Below are positions 25,269-39,839 of a stretch of DNA of 64,000 nt, one piece after another (the stretch's first letter is position 1; the number at the start of each line of letters is the position of its first letter). The stretch lies in NCBI GenBank assembly GCA_964106915.2, contig OZ066921.1, one strand, 5' to 3'. Source of the stretch: Podarcis gaigeae (lineage: Eukaryota). The translations under genes and the position numbers were made by a program. A model generated the notes under the pieces. The model was not told where the DNA came from and made no database searches. It saw nothing but the letters and a program-made list of their open reading frames with translations.

Positions 25269-27386
25269 GATCCTCTCAATTGCTCATTGACCTCTCCTAT
25301 CCCCAACTGTTAGCACTTGACTGTGGGCAGCTGAGCATCTGTAGCACCTATTGCAAGTCCTCATAGGTTTGGGGCCAGACTTGGAGAAAACACTGGGGCA
25401 GATTCACTGGAGAGCCAAAGGCAAAGCCAATTGCTCTCCATAGTCCAAAGGGGAAGGACTGGAATGTGTGTGCAGGCAGAAGGGCAGCAGTGGCAGGAAG
25501 ACAAACTCAGAAGTTCAGAGCTTGGTTCTTGCTCAGGTGCAGTAGGTCAGGCCTCACCTGGAAGTATTTATAGCCCGAACCAATATACTCGATTAGGGCC
25601 CTGGGAGGGCAACACCTGTCCTTTCTACATGGCCTGCATCCCTGGGCGGCTCACTCACCACAAGGACAGCCAGGACACAGAGCAAGAAGGCTGCTGCTGG
25701 CACAGCCTTTTGTATGCTTTCAGGTTTGTGATGCCTCAGGTGATGTGATGGCATGAAGGGGGATCTTTGCTAGGGGAAAGAGTCATGAATGTCCCTGGGA
25801 CTCACCAGATCTGGAGAGCATCAAATTCAGCTTTGTTTTTGTTTGGCAGCTTAGTCAAGTCACATCTGCTGCAAAGACTTGCAGCTAATAACTCCAGAGC
25901 AAAATTGCTTCTCAAATGAAAACTGCCAATACTGAATTAGTAATAGCATTTATACAACACTTTTTGTATTTTCAAAGCACATTATCTCTGTAATCTTTAA
26001 ACCAGTCCAGTGGTATAATTAGTGCTAGTATATTAGAATTATCTGCCCTTCACCAACAATTGCAACAATTTGGAATTCAGTATTAAAAGTGGTAAGGAAA
26101 AAATTATGTCACAGGAATATATGCCATTGTTACTGCCCCATGTTGCAGAGAGGAAGGGGAGAATTATGCTTTGCTTAATGCCGGCTAATGAGATTGGGGC
26201 AGAGGTGGGTTGCTGCTGGCTTAATCTCAGCCCACCAAATCCACCCCAAGCCAAATGGTGTTGATATGATTCATGGAAAGTGCTCAGGCTTGGACTCTTG
26301 GTGAGTTTTGTGTGAGAGGGACAGCTACTGAGGATGTCCCTGGTGAGCGCTTCTGCTCAGTGTTTGAAACTCCCATTGTTCTAGGCGCATTTTGTCACAG
26401 GGAATTTCATTAGTGCCAGCAGTTTCTGAGCTCTGGGAGTAGTACCGCACCTAAAATTTCAAATTAAAACTGCAGAGTGGAAGGAAAGGAGGACCTTTTT
26501 CTGCCTCCACACTTCCAGCCACTCTCTGAAGACTGGAGAAGAGACCCTCTTAAGAATATTAGGGGGGTGGGCAGAGGAAAGACTAAACCATGTAAAAAAT
26601 GAACATAATATTTTAGCTGCAGTTCATTCATTTTCAGCTTTGTATTCTTGTTATAAAAAAGTGCACCTAGGCATTCCGTTGTTGCATCCATAACCTAGGT
26701 TTAAGGTGCCATTTAGCTCCTAGCTTCATACAGTATTTCAGTTTCTAACACTGCTTCTGCTGTCTGAACTTGGTTGGTGTGGTCAAAAAGGTGTGCTTGG
26801 TCTGTGATGAAGATCACAGTCGGTGGGATGCTCTGGAGGAGACAGGACTTGTGCAGGCCTTAAAACCTGAAGCCTGTAGGTAGAAAGTTATGGAGGAGGG
26901 TAGGTTAACACTGGGATGGGTGCCTGCAAGCAGAGCTGCCTTGGTGTTCCCCAGCAGAAGCTTCTGAAGAGTCATTGAGAGGTAGCAAAGAGACACACAG
27001 AGAGACCAGATGGCTGGTTCCAGTCAATTGGAGCTCTGTTTTTAATCTGCAGTCAAACCATCCATTGCCTAATCACTCCAATTATTTGATTAAGAGTGCA
27101 AATTACCATGCGCAGCATAGGGGGATGGGACTATGACTGGTTACCAGGAAATACATTAAAGCATCCAGCCAGACCCAGAAAGGACTTCATGCAAGCCTGA
27201 TGTTCATCTTCAGTTGCCCCCCTCCGCACTTACACGTATGCCAATGTAATTCCACGCTTGCTGCTACACACCCAGAAATATGGTTGTCTGGTGCTTAATA
27301 AGCCTCAGGAATGTGCCAGGCACCATACAGGATGCCAAAGAGACTCCAATCATTACTAAGAGAGAGGCTTGCTTATTTGCTAAAAG

Positions 27387-27515
27387 CAGCTTTCACCCAC
27401 CTGGGGCCCTCCAGATGTTTTGAATTATAGTTCCTATCAGAATTCCCTATGCTGGCTGGCACTGATGGGAATTGTAGTCCCAAACATCTGGAAGGCACTA
27501 GGGTGGGGAAAGCCG
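27387..27515. mobile_element. Palindromic MITE copy
   Basis: CAGCTTTCACCCACCTGGGGCCCTCCAGATGTTT...AAACATCTGGAAGGCACTAGGGTGGGGAAAGCCG. Confidence 0.7.
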
Positions 27516-30500
27516 ATTTAAAAAATATTTTTAATCCCACCCTTTACTTATGTATATTTGCCAGGGTGGCATGAGTGGGATCATGAGAACAATAAGAACC
27601 AGCAAAACATTTCAGAAAAGTTCCAAGATGATGAAATGTTCAAACTATAGCAAAAACAAGCACACACCTTCACTTTTCACCTTCAGATTCATCTCTCTTG
27701 CTCCATCTAACAAGGCCTGTTAATCAGCCTGGTTCATGGCCCAAGAAATAAATACCTATGACTGAAAGAAACTCTGCAGATGCTCAGAGGCACTCTCCCT
27801 TACAGCCTGTTTGCTAGCCAGCATCCATTATAGTGGATGAATATCTCACCCTTGTATGTTGCAGAGTCTTGGCACTGAAACTGAGCCCTGCACTTGTCTC
27901 TTATCCTCTCCCCCCCCCCTGCGTCACCTGCTTTGTGCAGATTGTAACCCCACCGGAAAGGGCCCAAGCTGCCCCTGTGGTCTGGCTAGTGGTGGGATTC
28001 AAGAAATGTATTAGTGGCAATGATGACAATACATTCATGGGTTTCCTGTTCATGAGCTCCTTTTCCCTACAATGGCCTTTTTTGTTTTGGAGGAGAAAAG
28101 AAGCCAGTGCCCTGTTGGAAATGGGATTTTGCATATTGGCAACCCTAAAAGAACCATAGCCTCCTCCTTCTCCTCCTCCTCCTCCTCTCCCCCACCCCCA
28201 AGTCCTCCTCTCTCCTTTTTGCTGTCTGTCTGGCTGCCATCCTTTGCCAGCTTTGTATAATAACTGCAGGAACAAAGGCGCTGTGGCCAGAAGGGGGATG
28301 AAATTGAATGCAGATTTTCCAGGTGGTTTCATCCACCCAAAAGCTGAAAAGCACCTGCGTGCTCTTGGCAGAACAGGAGTTCGGCTAACAATAGAGCCGT
28401 TTTGTGGGGGCGGCCATGAGGGAGAAGGAAGAAAGGCTTGATCCATCACACACCCCAACTTCATCACCTTTGCAGGCTGAGTGGTTGTTGTTTTATTCTG
28501 AATGGCTTGTGCTTTTCAGTTTTTATGCAAAAGAGGCAGATAGGGGCTCCTGTGTGTTAAGAAACAAAAAGGCACAAATGGTGATGTAGGACAGAATAAC
28601 CCATCATTCCAGCCTGAAACGGACCATGAGTGAAGCTAGTCTAGTCTGCACACAAAGCCTTCCTTTGCCTCTGTGATCAAATGTGAAAACCCTGGTGTGA
28701 GGCGAGGCTTTCCTGTGCTTTAAGAGGGTTGCAAATGCCCACTAGTTCACCAGTCATTACCCCTGACTTCCTTGTCCACAAAGCTAGGAGTGGTGATCAT
28801 TTTCCCTCTTGTAAATGATCTTTACCTTTCATATAGGATTTAGTTACACTTGAATGGAAGGGATTTTACTGCTGAATTATCACTTCCGAACCTATCATCT
28901 CCCCACCTTTCTAACACCTTGCAACTTAGATGTGCCTAGGAGAATAATTATTTTGCAGCTTTCTCCATCCCTTCCTTCCTCTCCCCCACCCCCTAAATCT
29001 AAAGGTCGATCTGTGCTGATGTTTTAGGGAAATTATCTACATCCTGCACCCAAAACTAGTGCCTTTCCAGTGTTGAAGATGATGTTGGGGTGGACCTTTC
29101 CAAAATGCTTTGGATGGTTGCTTCTGTGGTTGGGTTAGCCCTGGGTGCTGCCCTGCACTTATCCCCACAGTTGGCAGGGTTTTTTTTTTAAAAAGGGGGG
29201 TTCATAAAAGTTGACATTCTTTGGACACCAATTTTGGCCATAGAGAACCAAGGCTGACTTTGTCAGGGCAATTGTGCAGAATGCAGGAGGCCCGGTTACC
29301 ATCATTTCAATTAACATAAGGTACCATAGTCCTTTAAAGTAGCCCCATCAACCTGGTGCCCTCCAGCACAGCTGTAGTCCAAAGTGGCTGAAGTTGGGAA
29401 AGGATGCTTGAGGATGTGTGAAGCACTGCACATACCTAAACCTTATGATGGCCATGCAAGATACTTTGAAATAGGTTAGGCCGTGAGTTTCATGGCATAG
29501 TAGGGATCTGAACCAGCACCTGTGGTTGACATTTTTATGCCTGTAACTTGAAATCCTAGTTTCTCTGTGTAGCTGCATTGGCCCTGCTGGGTAGCAGGAG
29601 AAGGAATCGTCTCCTCTGTAATCCTGGTGCCTTTATGGATGCTGTGATGCTGATAAATCCATCCTTGCTCATTCCTCTGCCTTGCCAGATCGGATGGCCC
29701 AGCTGGCAATATTTTTAACCCTTCTCTGATGTGCATTGGCTCCTTCCAGTCCAGCTCTGAACAGCTGGGGGTGGGGAAGGGGTGGGAGGGAGGTGAACAG
29801 GGTAGCTATTTTGTTTTCCTTGTTGGATGCTTTCCAGGCCCACTTAAATTGTTGCTGTTGCTGCCACTGCCTTGCTGTTTTGAGAGCCAGCATCACCCAG
29901 CAGAATGCTTCCTCTTCCCCAGCTGCCTAACCTTCTTCAAGTCATGGCACCAGCACCTCCAGGGGGCAGCGTTAGAACTGGGGCTGTGGGCAATTCTATC
30001 CAGTGATTGGAGAGCAGCAGCACCTGAGCCAGAGATAGACCCATTTGGCTGGGTGGCCTTGGACCAGCATCTAGTGCTCAGCCCTTAGGGTGTTTTTCTT
30101 TCCTCCAGGTGCTTTGTATCATTGATTCCTACCTGTGCCTCCCATTCATGACTTTCCAACATAGTGCCTCATTAAGCAAGCACTAACCTCTGCACCTTTG
30201 TTCTTGGCTGGATGGACATCCTGCACTGCCCCTCACCCAAAATACCCCACTGTTGCTACTCTTCTCTCATCAAAGCCTTTTCTTTCTTATAAAATAGCAC
30301 AGAATATGCACATATTCATCCATCCTAACAATAGATGTCAGGCTTTTCCAGGGGTGGCAAGGTGGTGATGATGTATTTCTTCTAACAGTGGAAATGCTGT
30401 CAAGATTAAGGTTTGCATGCAACCTACCCACCCTGCTTCTATGGGTGGTGCCTGTAGAGGTGTATATAAGGGTGAAAAAATGATCTGTTGTTGTTTTCCA

Positions 30501-31494
30501 GTTACCTGACCCAGTGAGCTCAAGAAAAGGAAGGCTCTGTGTGTGTGGCGGGGGGATTCCATGCAGAAAAAAGGGCCCCTGGTCTTCTCCATCTGCAAAA
30601 TGGAAGTGAGAGGACAAACAAGATGTGCCTTGCATGTTAATAGTGCTTTTTAACAGAAGACTGAAATGAATTAGGCATTAATCAATGTAATTGACTGCAG
30701 AGTTAAAACTGTGGTTGAGTTGGGGCTCTCCCATGTGAAATAGTTGCTGTTCTTGGAAGCAAGTTGAATTGGGGGGCAAGGGAACAGCTCTGGGGCCCCG
30801 GTTCCCCTGAAGTGTTTTTTTTTGGGGGGTGCCTCAGGCATCTCTCATTAATGCTCTCATGGAAAAACAGAGAGGAGGCAAAAGGGTTTGGTGTGCCTGC
30901 TTCTGAAAGGGAGGTGCATAATGCAATCCATCTGTGTTCTTCTCTGGTTGTTCAGGAAGAAGCTAGCTTGCTCTCAAATCCCTTCCAATGCCTTGGCCAA
31001 TGAGTGCAGATGCACTGGCATTATCAGCAAGGTTTAATTCTTTTAGCTTAAACTTTAATCAAATCAGACTGAATTAATTAAGTCACTTTATATTTAGACT
31101 TCTTGTATTTAAATGTTTGCTTATGGTTCCTCCCCCTTCTTGCCAGCATACACCTAGGCACCGTGCACCTAAGTAACAAGGGGATGGCGCTGAGGGTGGC
31201 AGGCCCCTTCCTAATGTGTGAATGTGCAGGTGCTGCAAATAGATCTGTGTGCAAGCAGAGATGTTCTCCAGCTCCAGTAAGAAGTCTTAATGAGTTGTGT
31301 CAGGCAACACCCTTCTTACTCAAGGAATAAAAGTGCTTTTGAAGAGAAGCCAGCAGGAACCCAGACAGCCTCCGCTTGCCAAAAGCAGCATTGACCAAAG
31401 AATCTTGCCATTGTTCGTTCTGTGGAAGACAGGGGGGAAAACTCTGATTAACCATGACCTTGGCCTTTTGGTGGGAGGTCAGTCTTGCAGTTTG

Positions 31495-31529
31495 CTCTCT
31501 CTCTCTCTCTCTACCTCTCTCTCTCTCTC

Positions 31530-31575
<46 letters not shown>
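31495..31575. repeat. (CT)n microsatellite, interrupted
   Basis: Direct reading. Confidence 0.95.
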
Positions 31576-31577
<2 letters not shown>

Positions 31578-34500
31578 GATGAGGTGCAATCTGGCTCCCT
31601 TGGGAGTTGATGCTGAACTCAGTTTCTCCCCTGTTTGTTTGCTTATTTGTTAATTAATTTTCTGCCCAACCCTTGCTCTCAAAGGAGCCCAGGGCAGTAA
31701 GCAACAAGGTAGTAAAACAATGCAATTACAATAAAATAAAAATCTCTTTATAAACATTAAGGCCACCTAAAACCATTTTAAAACAGCTGCATATCCTCAC
31801 AGCAAATAGTTACAAAGATCTTTTCAGTCAGCAAATGCCCCCTGAATGTAAATTGGACACACCTTACTAGGGAGGTCATTCCAAAAATGGGGATCCACCA
31901 CCAAGGAGGCCTTGTTACAGAGAAACATGAGCCGGGCAACGCCACAATCAACAGGGTTTCCCCTTCTGATCAAACTTGTGCTAATATGTTTTCCAGGCCC
32001 AGAAAGTCCTATTTGGGGGAAGGGCTGTTGTAAAAGGGATGCTGTGCAGTTTTGCCTTGGATTCTTCTTCTGGCTGCATCAGTATAGGAAGCCAGTAGTT
32101 CCTCATCAATGTTCCCTTGCCAGTGCAAGGAAGCAAATAATGCCAAGGTAGAAAGCTCTAGGTCATTATCAGTGATGGAAAGACAGGCCTATCCCCATGG
32201 CAGAGCAGTGTACCCAGTCCAAACCACTAGTGCCCCACAAAGAGGGAGCAGGTACCCAGGCTAGAGTCTTCTCCCAGGACTTGTTTGCAGTGCAAAGTTC
32301 AGCCCTGCAACATGTGAAGTAGCAATAAGCAAGATTGCTTCTGCTTATCTGCTGAATGTTTCTCCAATGACTAACCACAGTTAGCACTCATGCACAGCTG
32401 GGAAGAGTGGAAAGGAGGAATGGGAATCCTGGAAGGACCACCTGATCATATAACAGGGCCATTCCCCATAGCGTTCAGAGCACAGAATGCCCCAAGTTGA
32501 GAGAAGGCAGATGCAGATTCAGTAATTGGAGGGTGTGAGCCAAGCACCTGTCCACTGATTGATGATTGCTAGCATTTCAGCACTTTAGAGCTGCCTTTGT
32601 GGTAGCTGAGGCTGATGGGAGATGTAGTCTGATCAGGTTGGCAAAGGCTGCTTTAGATGGGTGGGCATTCGTGTTTGCCTTTTTAACAGCTCTCAAGCTC
32701 CCCTGTGCTGGAAGGCAAGTTGGCCTTGTGTTTGGGGAAATGTGTGCGTATCTAATTTGACCCTTTGGTAAACAACATAAAAGGATGCTTCATCAGCTCC
32801 CATTACTTGCCACACCTTCCTGTTGTGGAAATCAATCAGCAGCTTAGTTTGCCAAGCAGAGTAGGGAGAGAGAGTTGTGTTTCCTGCAGGGTGCGTCCCA
32901 GAATGGGCAGCAGCTGTGAGCACTGTAGTGTTTGGCCTGGCAAGCCAAGAGGCTGTTTACTTAGCAGCTCTGCAAAATACCCGCTTTATCTGAGGTTGGC
33001 ATCACCAGGGCGCTTTCGGTTCCCGACAACAAACTAGTCATTTATGTCCACTTACATAGTTTCCCAAAATTTGAGGCAAAACAGTTTCAGAGACTAAGAA
33101 TGAGCAGGTGACTCATGAGCTGGAGGCTGGCGACAGAGGTTATTTTTCCGAAGAAAAGGAAAAGGAGATAGAAGAGTGTATGTTGTACGTACAATTGGGT
33201 GCCCGGGGCTCAAATTTGGCATTTTTCGCCTGGAAGCTCTTCTCCAAAATCTCCAGTCTGTTAAAGCAAGCTACTTAGTGGCAAGAGGAATGCACTTGGT
33301 ACATGTTTAAAAGAAAATTAACCTTAAGGAAACAAGCCCAGGGTTTAGCTCAGCTGAGTGCCAACCCAGATGAAGCATCAGAGAGGACTCTTAATCAGGT
33401 GGGAAACCCAGGAGAGGCCTGAAGTGCAGATGGAAGATTGCAAACAGAATGTCCAAGGAGTGGATGAGCTGCAAAGGTGGGAAGCTTACATAGGGGTCTC
33501 CCAGCCAATCAGAAGGCCAGGCAGGGTTTCAGTTTGAGGAACAGATGAAGGCATGGCAGTGGGAAGGATCCACCACTCCCTGGGATGGCTGAAGTGAGGG
33601 CCACTCTTCAGTGTAGCATCTAGTGCTGGAGAATGAGCAATTTTAGGTACAAATTCTTCAAAAAAAGTAAATGTTGGGCAACTAGGAGGAATGGCCACTG
33701 AGAGGGTGAGTTCTGGGCAAGTGGGAAGCCCAACTGTGGCAGTTCACAGCTGAGTTGATGGAGTGGCCCTAATCCTGTCACTTGAAGTGGCCTTTGCTGG
33801 TGCCAAATGTCACATCTGAGGACACTGAAAACACTCTCTGAATGGTATTGTAACCAGGATTGCAGGACATGGGTTGCTGTACTATATAGACCAGTTTTCT
33901 TCTACTACTCCCCAAAGGAGCTAGAACAAGGGCTTGCCACCACCAGTGTGAGATGATATTCCTTCCAGTGGCAGAAAGAGAAGCTTGTATTGGAGCTGCA
34001 ACTTTCTTTCAGTGGTGTTGTGCTTCCTTATTTTCTGTGGATGAAATATGCTCCTTAAATGAACCATGGCAGACTGTAGGGCTCCAGAAACTTACTGGTT
34101 TTGTTGCCTGGTGGTTGCTTAGCATCTAGCAAGGTTTGATCTGTGCCTGGTGGGCTTCAGTCAGTTTGGTGAGCAGGTTTAATCCAGGCACTTTGCCAGG
34201 CATGGCCTGGTTGGGCTGCTGTGGGGAGCAATTTTCCGCAGTGCATCCTAGGAAATTCTGTTGCATCGCTTGCAGAAATGCTAACTCTGGCTGTTGGGAC
34301 AAGGCCACCATCCTTTAACCACAATCTGCAAGAAGAGAAGAGGCTTTTCTTCTTAGGAAAGCAGGATTGTAAGGTGCCTGAGACCTGACATGAAATCAGT
34401 TTGAAGTCTGTCATGAGCAAAGCAGATAAAAGGAATTGCCCAGTGCAGTGCAGTTGGGTGGGATTAGCCTGGCAGCTTTTGTCTAGAGCACGTTTGGAGC

Positions 34501-35416
34501 TGAGGGTTTAGCCTTGTGTCACAGCTACCCCCTATGTCCACAGAAATGTAATTTCCTCCCCTCAAAGATTGGTGCAGGCAGAACTGCTGGATCTAGGCTG
34601 GAAGAGGTAGAATGGAGGAGGAAAGATAAAGTAAATCCCTTGTGTTTCGTAAGTACTAGCTGAGCGTGAGTGAAGGAGGGGCTTTAAAATAAATTATACA
34701 AATCCCACTTCTTTCGTAGGAGGGTGTGTGCTTGTGCGAAGGTGCAGTGTTAAATTCTGAATTAGCATAATCACAGAGAGCTTAGCACTGGGATAACTTT
34801 AATGCTGCTGGCTGTGGTTGCGGAGGAGCACCTCCCTGTGAAAAACTTTCTGATTGTAAATCAGCCATGCCTTTCTCGGGTTGATGGGAGCTGTAGTCTT
34901 AAGACATCTAGTGGGTACCAGTTTGAGGAAGATTGCTGCAAAATCTCCATAACTATCCTTAAAAAGAATAAGCAGGTAAGATTGTAAGGTCACTGACAAA
35001 AAAAAGCAAAAAAGAAAAGGTGCTGTACATTTATGAACTTCCAAGAATCCTAATGGCTAACTAGAACTTCCAAGTGCAGAGGCAGCCTACCAGTAATACC
35101 AGAAACCTGGGACAAACTGTGAGGATCAGCCTATTTTCCTCCTGACCTGCTTGTGGCCTCCCAAGATGTCTCTGGTTGCTTATTGTTGGAAACAGGATGC
35201 TGGGCTGAGATGGACCTTTGGCCTGATTCAGCAGGTGTCTCCTTACATCATAGTTCTGTGTTAGCCAAAACTGCCCCCCCCATCTTTCCCCAATAACCCC
35301 ATCATAGTCCAGCCAAAGATCGCTGATTGGGCCTAGGAAATCAGGGGGTGTTGTTTAAATCAAAGCCTGCTTCCACTGCCATGGGCTTAGCCTTGGAGTG
35401 TGTGAATTAATGCTGG

Positions 35417-35738
35417 AAGATTCAGGACAGATCAAAGAAAGTACTTCATGCAGCATATAGTCGAATTATGGAACTTGCTACCCCCCGGAGGCAGTGATGG
35501 CCACCAACGTGGATGACTTTGAAAGAAGATTAGACTAATTCATGGAGGGGAGGGCTATCATTGGCTACTAGCCACGATGCCTATGCTCTACCTCCACAGT
35601 GGAAGCAGCAATGCTTCCATTATGCCTGAGCTGTGCTTGAGGGTTTCTTACAGGAATCTGGTTGGCCACTATGAGAAAAGGATGTCCACCTATGCTGGAC
35701 TAGGTGAGCCTGATCCAGTAAGCTGTTCTTACGTTCTT
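35417..35738 (+). mobile_element. CR1 LINE 3' fragment (ORF2 end plus 3' UTR)
   Basis: AGATTCAGGACAGATCAAAGAAAGTACTTC...GCAGTGATGGCCACCAAC...GATTAGACTAATTCATGGAG...CTGATCCAG...GTTCTTACGTTCTT. Confidence 0.75.
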
Positions 35739-38700
35739 TCATTCTAAAGAAGTGAACATGTTACTGGGCACGTGCTGAGTGAATTCTCACCACTGAGCAG
35801 CCTCAAGCCGCTCACACACCAAGGTAGAATAGTGAAGAATGCCTTCTAGGCCAATATTGGGTCTGGGCCCCTCACATTTTAGAAATGAAGTCTTGAGGAA
35901 AGTGCTTTGCTTTGCTGCTTACTTCCAGCTGCTAAGTTGCATTACGAGGGACCTAAAAATACCCATCCAAATAGCCTCCTGATGTGGCTTGCCCGTGCAA
36001 GCAGTTTGTGTTGTTGCCTGGAGGAGCTGTTGTGCAGTTGTTTAAGCAGATAGGGGTAAGGACGGTGCTGAAGTCTGCAAATGGGCAGTGTGGAGGGGGG
36101 TGCACGAGGCAAGGCCCATAAGCAAAATACAGGCTGTGTTGTATACTTTTGCATGCCCAGCAAGCCCCATATATGGAGGTGCTCTGCCTTCTGAAGGAAA
36201 AATAGGGAGTTTTGCTGTAATCCTTGGTGACGTTTAACCATCAACAGTCTTCTTATGCCTTGTTTGTGAAACACAACCCATAGTTTAAGACTTGAGCTTC
36301 AAGCTTTAATTGATTTAATCAGTAGATCAATCAACTAAATCTTTTGCTGATGAATCCATGGGAACTGATTTTAATTAGCAGAGTTAAAAAAACCACTTAC
36401 CTATTTTCTGAGGCTATTTTGAGAACAGTGTGCCACTGCCATAAAAAAATAACAAAAAGAAAACATTGAAGGTGGTCTTTTCCTGTTAATAGTGTGCTTT
36501 AAAATGCCACTGCTGCTGTCTCAATACAGTACAAATATTTTAGACTTTGGGATCTCCTGCCTGAAACCCTGGAGAGTCCCTGCCAGTCAGTGTAGACAGT
36601 ACTGTGATAGATGGGTCCAAGGGTCTGAGTCAGGAACATAGGAAGCGGCCTCATACCACCTGCCTTGTGAGTTATCAACTGCCATTCATTAATTGCTCGA
36701 CAGCCCTACTTAAGATCAGTTTGTAGGATTAATTTGCTCAGTGGCTCACCAGAGCAGTCCTGGAATCTGCTTGTAGCTCTGTGGCTACAAGCCACATTCC
36801 CCAAACATGTGGATTAACACTGTACTTCTGAGCATGTAGACTGCTTTCCATCCACTGTTGAGCTACTACAGCAAACCCTGCAATCAGTTTAACAAGGCGG
36901 GGACCCAGGTGCAACAGTGGGCAAAGTCCCAGCTCCTCCTCTTAAAGAAATGCTTTGTGAAAAGCTGCTGGCTACAGAAGGAAACCAATTTTGGCTTAAA
37001 AGTGCCCCCCCCCCAAGTTATTGTCCTCCAGGCATTTTGGACTACCACTTCCAGCAGCCCCAGCATCACATGGCCATTCTGGTGGAGTTGTAGTCCAAAA
37101 CATCTGGAAGGTGTCAGGTTGGGGCTGCTCGAAAGGATGAGCCTCTTGAGCTAACAAGCCTTTGCTGTGCATGTGGGCTTGGGAGTTTGCTTGAATTTGA
37201 CTTGGGATTCTTTGCTCACCAGGCATACTGTAGTCCCACAAATAAACTGAAATTAGCAGACGTGCCTTTGGCTTGTTCTCCCTCTCTTCACGCCCTTCCT
37301 TCTAAATTGTCGCGAGGGGATACAGAGTCTGGAAGTTCCATCATCAGGTAAATATAGTTCAGTGCCACAGCTGGCTGCTTGGCTGGTCTTTCTACATCAC
37401 ACTGCAAGAAATGCAAAAGGAACCATGGTCCCCATGGATCCCTCAGAAATCTTGTACTCTGCCCATCTCCTACACCTGAGCCAATAATCTGGGTGCTCAG
37501 AGCATCTTATTGGAAGGACCCCAGAACACTCAAAGTGCTGAAGACAGTCATAAGGAAGTAGCCATTATTCATTTAAAGGAGTGCCCTCTTATTATGAACC
37601 CAAAAGAATTTTCCCCCCACCAGGTAAAATGTCTCTCCAGGTTTTTGAAAAACATATATAGGCGCAGGGAGGCATTAGTTCCTACACACACCCCTCCCTG
37701 TTCTCTCTCCAGGCAAGGAAGAGGCATTATCCAAGTTCGAGGACACATTTAAGCCAGGCAAAACTGCTCTAGGATAGTGGTTTTAGGCAGGGCCAGTGAA
37801 AGGTGTGGCCTGTGGAGACTCCCAAGGACCAGAAAGTGAGATCTGCAGTATTTAGACTCCAGGTTCCCTACCCCTATCTTAAAGGAATCAGTTGGGGGCA
37901 GGGGAAGAGATATTTCAGATTCTTAGTTGCCAGCGCTGAAATTTTAGAGACCATTTCAAGGAAGTGGGTGGAGTGGAAGAAATGTTACCATTCTTATATG
38001 TGGGCATCTTGTGTGAGTTGTTGCCACTTGGAATTTTTCCAAGACCGTCAAGCAGGCTTGAAGTAATGCCAGTTCAAAGCAAATATTTCAGCTTCAAGAG
38101 AGTCAGTTTGTGTGATGAAGGACAGACCAATTTCGATGTCAGTATCTTTATGTGCATATTTGATTTTAGTGGGGAAGGGGATAGGCCTACATTCCCTCTT
38201 CCAAGGAGGAGGGGAATGAATGTATATTGGCACTCCTTTTGTTGGCATGTGACCTGATGAGGAAATAGCCAAAGAATTCCTGGCTGCAAACTCAACACAT
38301 CGTCCTTTTATAAGTGAGGGGGGAAACCTCACATGGAATTCCTCAGATTCTTCCTGCAGGAAGCTGGGAGAGCCGTTAAAAAAGAAAAACTCACCCTGCG
38401 CAATTGAAGGCAGTTTGAACAGCGAAGGCGGCGGTGGCACATGAAGGGCCTGCTTTGGTGAAACTACTGGCCAGATTATTGTTGCAGCTGCATCCAATTA
38501 TTACAGCTAGCCTAGACGTTCTTCTGTGACTGTAATGTCTGGCTGTCTACTGCGCTCTTGAGCCAAGCAAGGGAAAGGCCAGGAAGGGGGTCTCTGTGTG
38601 CACACAAAATAGTATATTGGCTGGTGGGGCTCTCGGAAGAGAGGAGGCTGGGCAATCTCTCTAACCCTGTATGCAGCCATTGCTATAGGGCTTTTTGGTG

Positions 38701-39810
38701 GTGAAATTTCCTGTTTGGTATAAATGATGCAATGAAATGTTGGTTAATGAGATGAATGCTATGTGGCACCAGAATCCAAGCAGATAATCTGGATCAACTT
38801 TACTTGGCCCATCCCTTAACTGTTTGCCAAGTTTTCTCCCTCGCCTTGGGAGAGGAAATCATATTTAAAGTTTGATTTGATTGACAAGAATTGCTCCTCC
38901 CCCAGAATTGCCTGGCTGGATTGTGCACCTGCTCTATGCAGCATACCTGTGGCCTGGATTGCTTTGGTTGATTGTGGGAGGAAGCTCCTAGGAGGGTGAT
39001 TTCTTGGGTAGGAGTGTGAGCTATGTTTGCATGGAAAGTGAATTGCACTCGCCCACTTCTCCCCCCACCCGTACAATCTGGGTTCAGTTGCTGCTTTTAA
39101 TCACAATCTTGCAGGTTTTGTGGGGAGAAGATGCGTGAATGTGCTGTTGCAGATGAGGCAACTGCTTTTTGCTCTTTGGCCATGATTTCCAGATCGTATA
39201 ATGAGAAAATCTGTGCTTTGTCAAGTGTTCACTGTGGGTTCCTCAAATCAAGGTAGACAATCCTCCCTGAGTGTTTGCCCCAAGACTACCAGCAACTCCC
39301 TTCACCAGCCACAGGTGAAAAGCAGGCTGTGCTTTTGGTTTCCAGGGAGAAGCCCAGGACACCTGGTATGAGCTGAGAATGATGCCCTCCTACATGACAA
39401 GGTGGGCAAAGTTCAATGTAGAAAAGCTTGAAAACTATGTGAATACAAGGAGTTGGGACTATTGAGCATTAAGGATTCAGGGCCTCATTGAGGCAAACGC
39501 CTGTGCAATGTTTCTCCTGCCAGCTCCTGCAGTGTTGCTAGAGCTAGAAACCTTCACCTTTGCTTGCTCTTGGTGCTTTGTTTCTGCAAATAGTCATGTT
39601 GCAGGGAAGCCAGATTGGCAGGGAGAGACTTGTTAAAAATTGTTTGTACATGGTCAGAGGTGCTCCAGCCAGGGGCTCTTGCAGTAAAAACAAGTACGCT
39701 GTGAAGATCCATGGCCCAAACTGAGCCTCTGGATGAGCCACTGCATGTCACTGCAGGGCTGCTCTTTTCACTCCTTGGGGTGATGCTGCCTACATTTCAC
39801 CCCACCTTTG

Positions 39811-39839
39811 GTGTGTGTGTGTGTGTGTGTGTGTGTGTG
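39811..39839. repeat. (GT)n microsatellite
   Basis: Direct reading. Confidence 0.95.
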
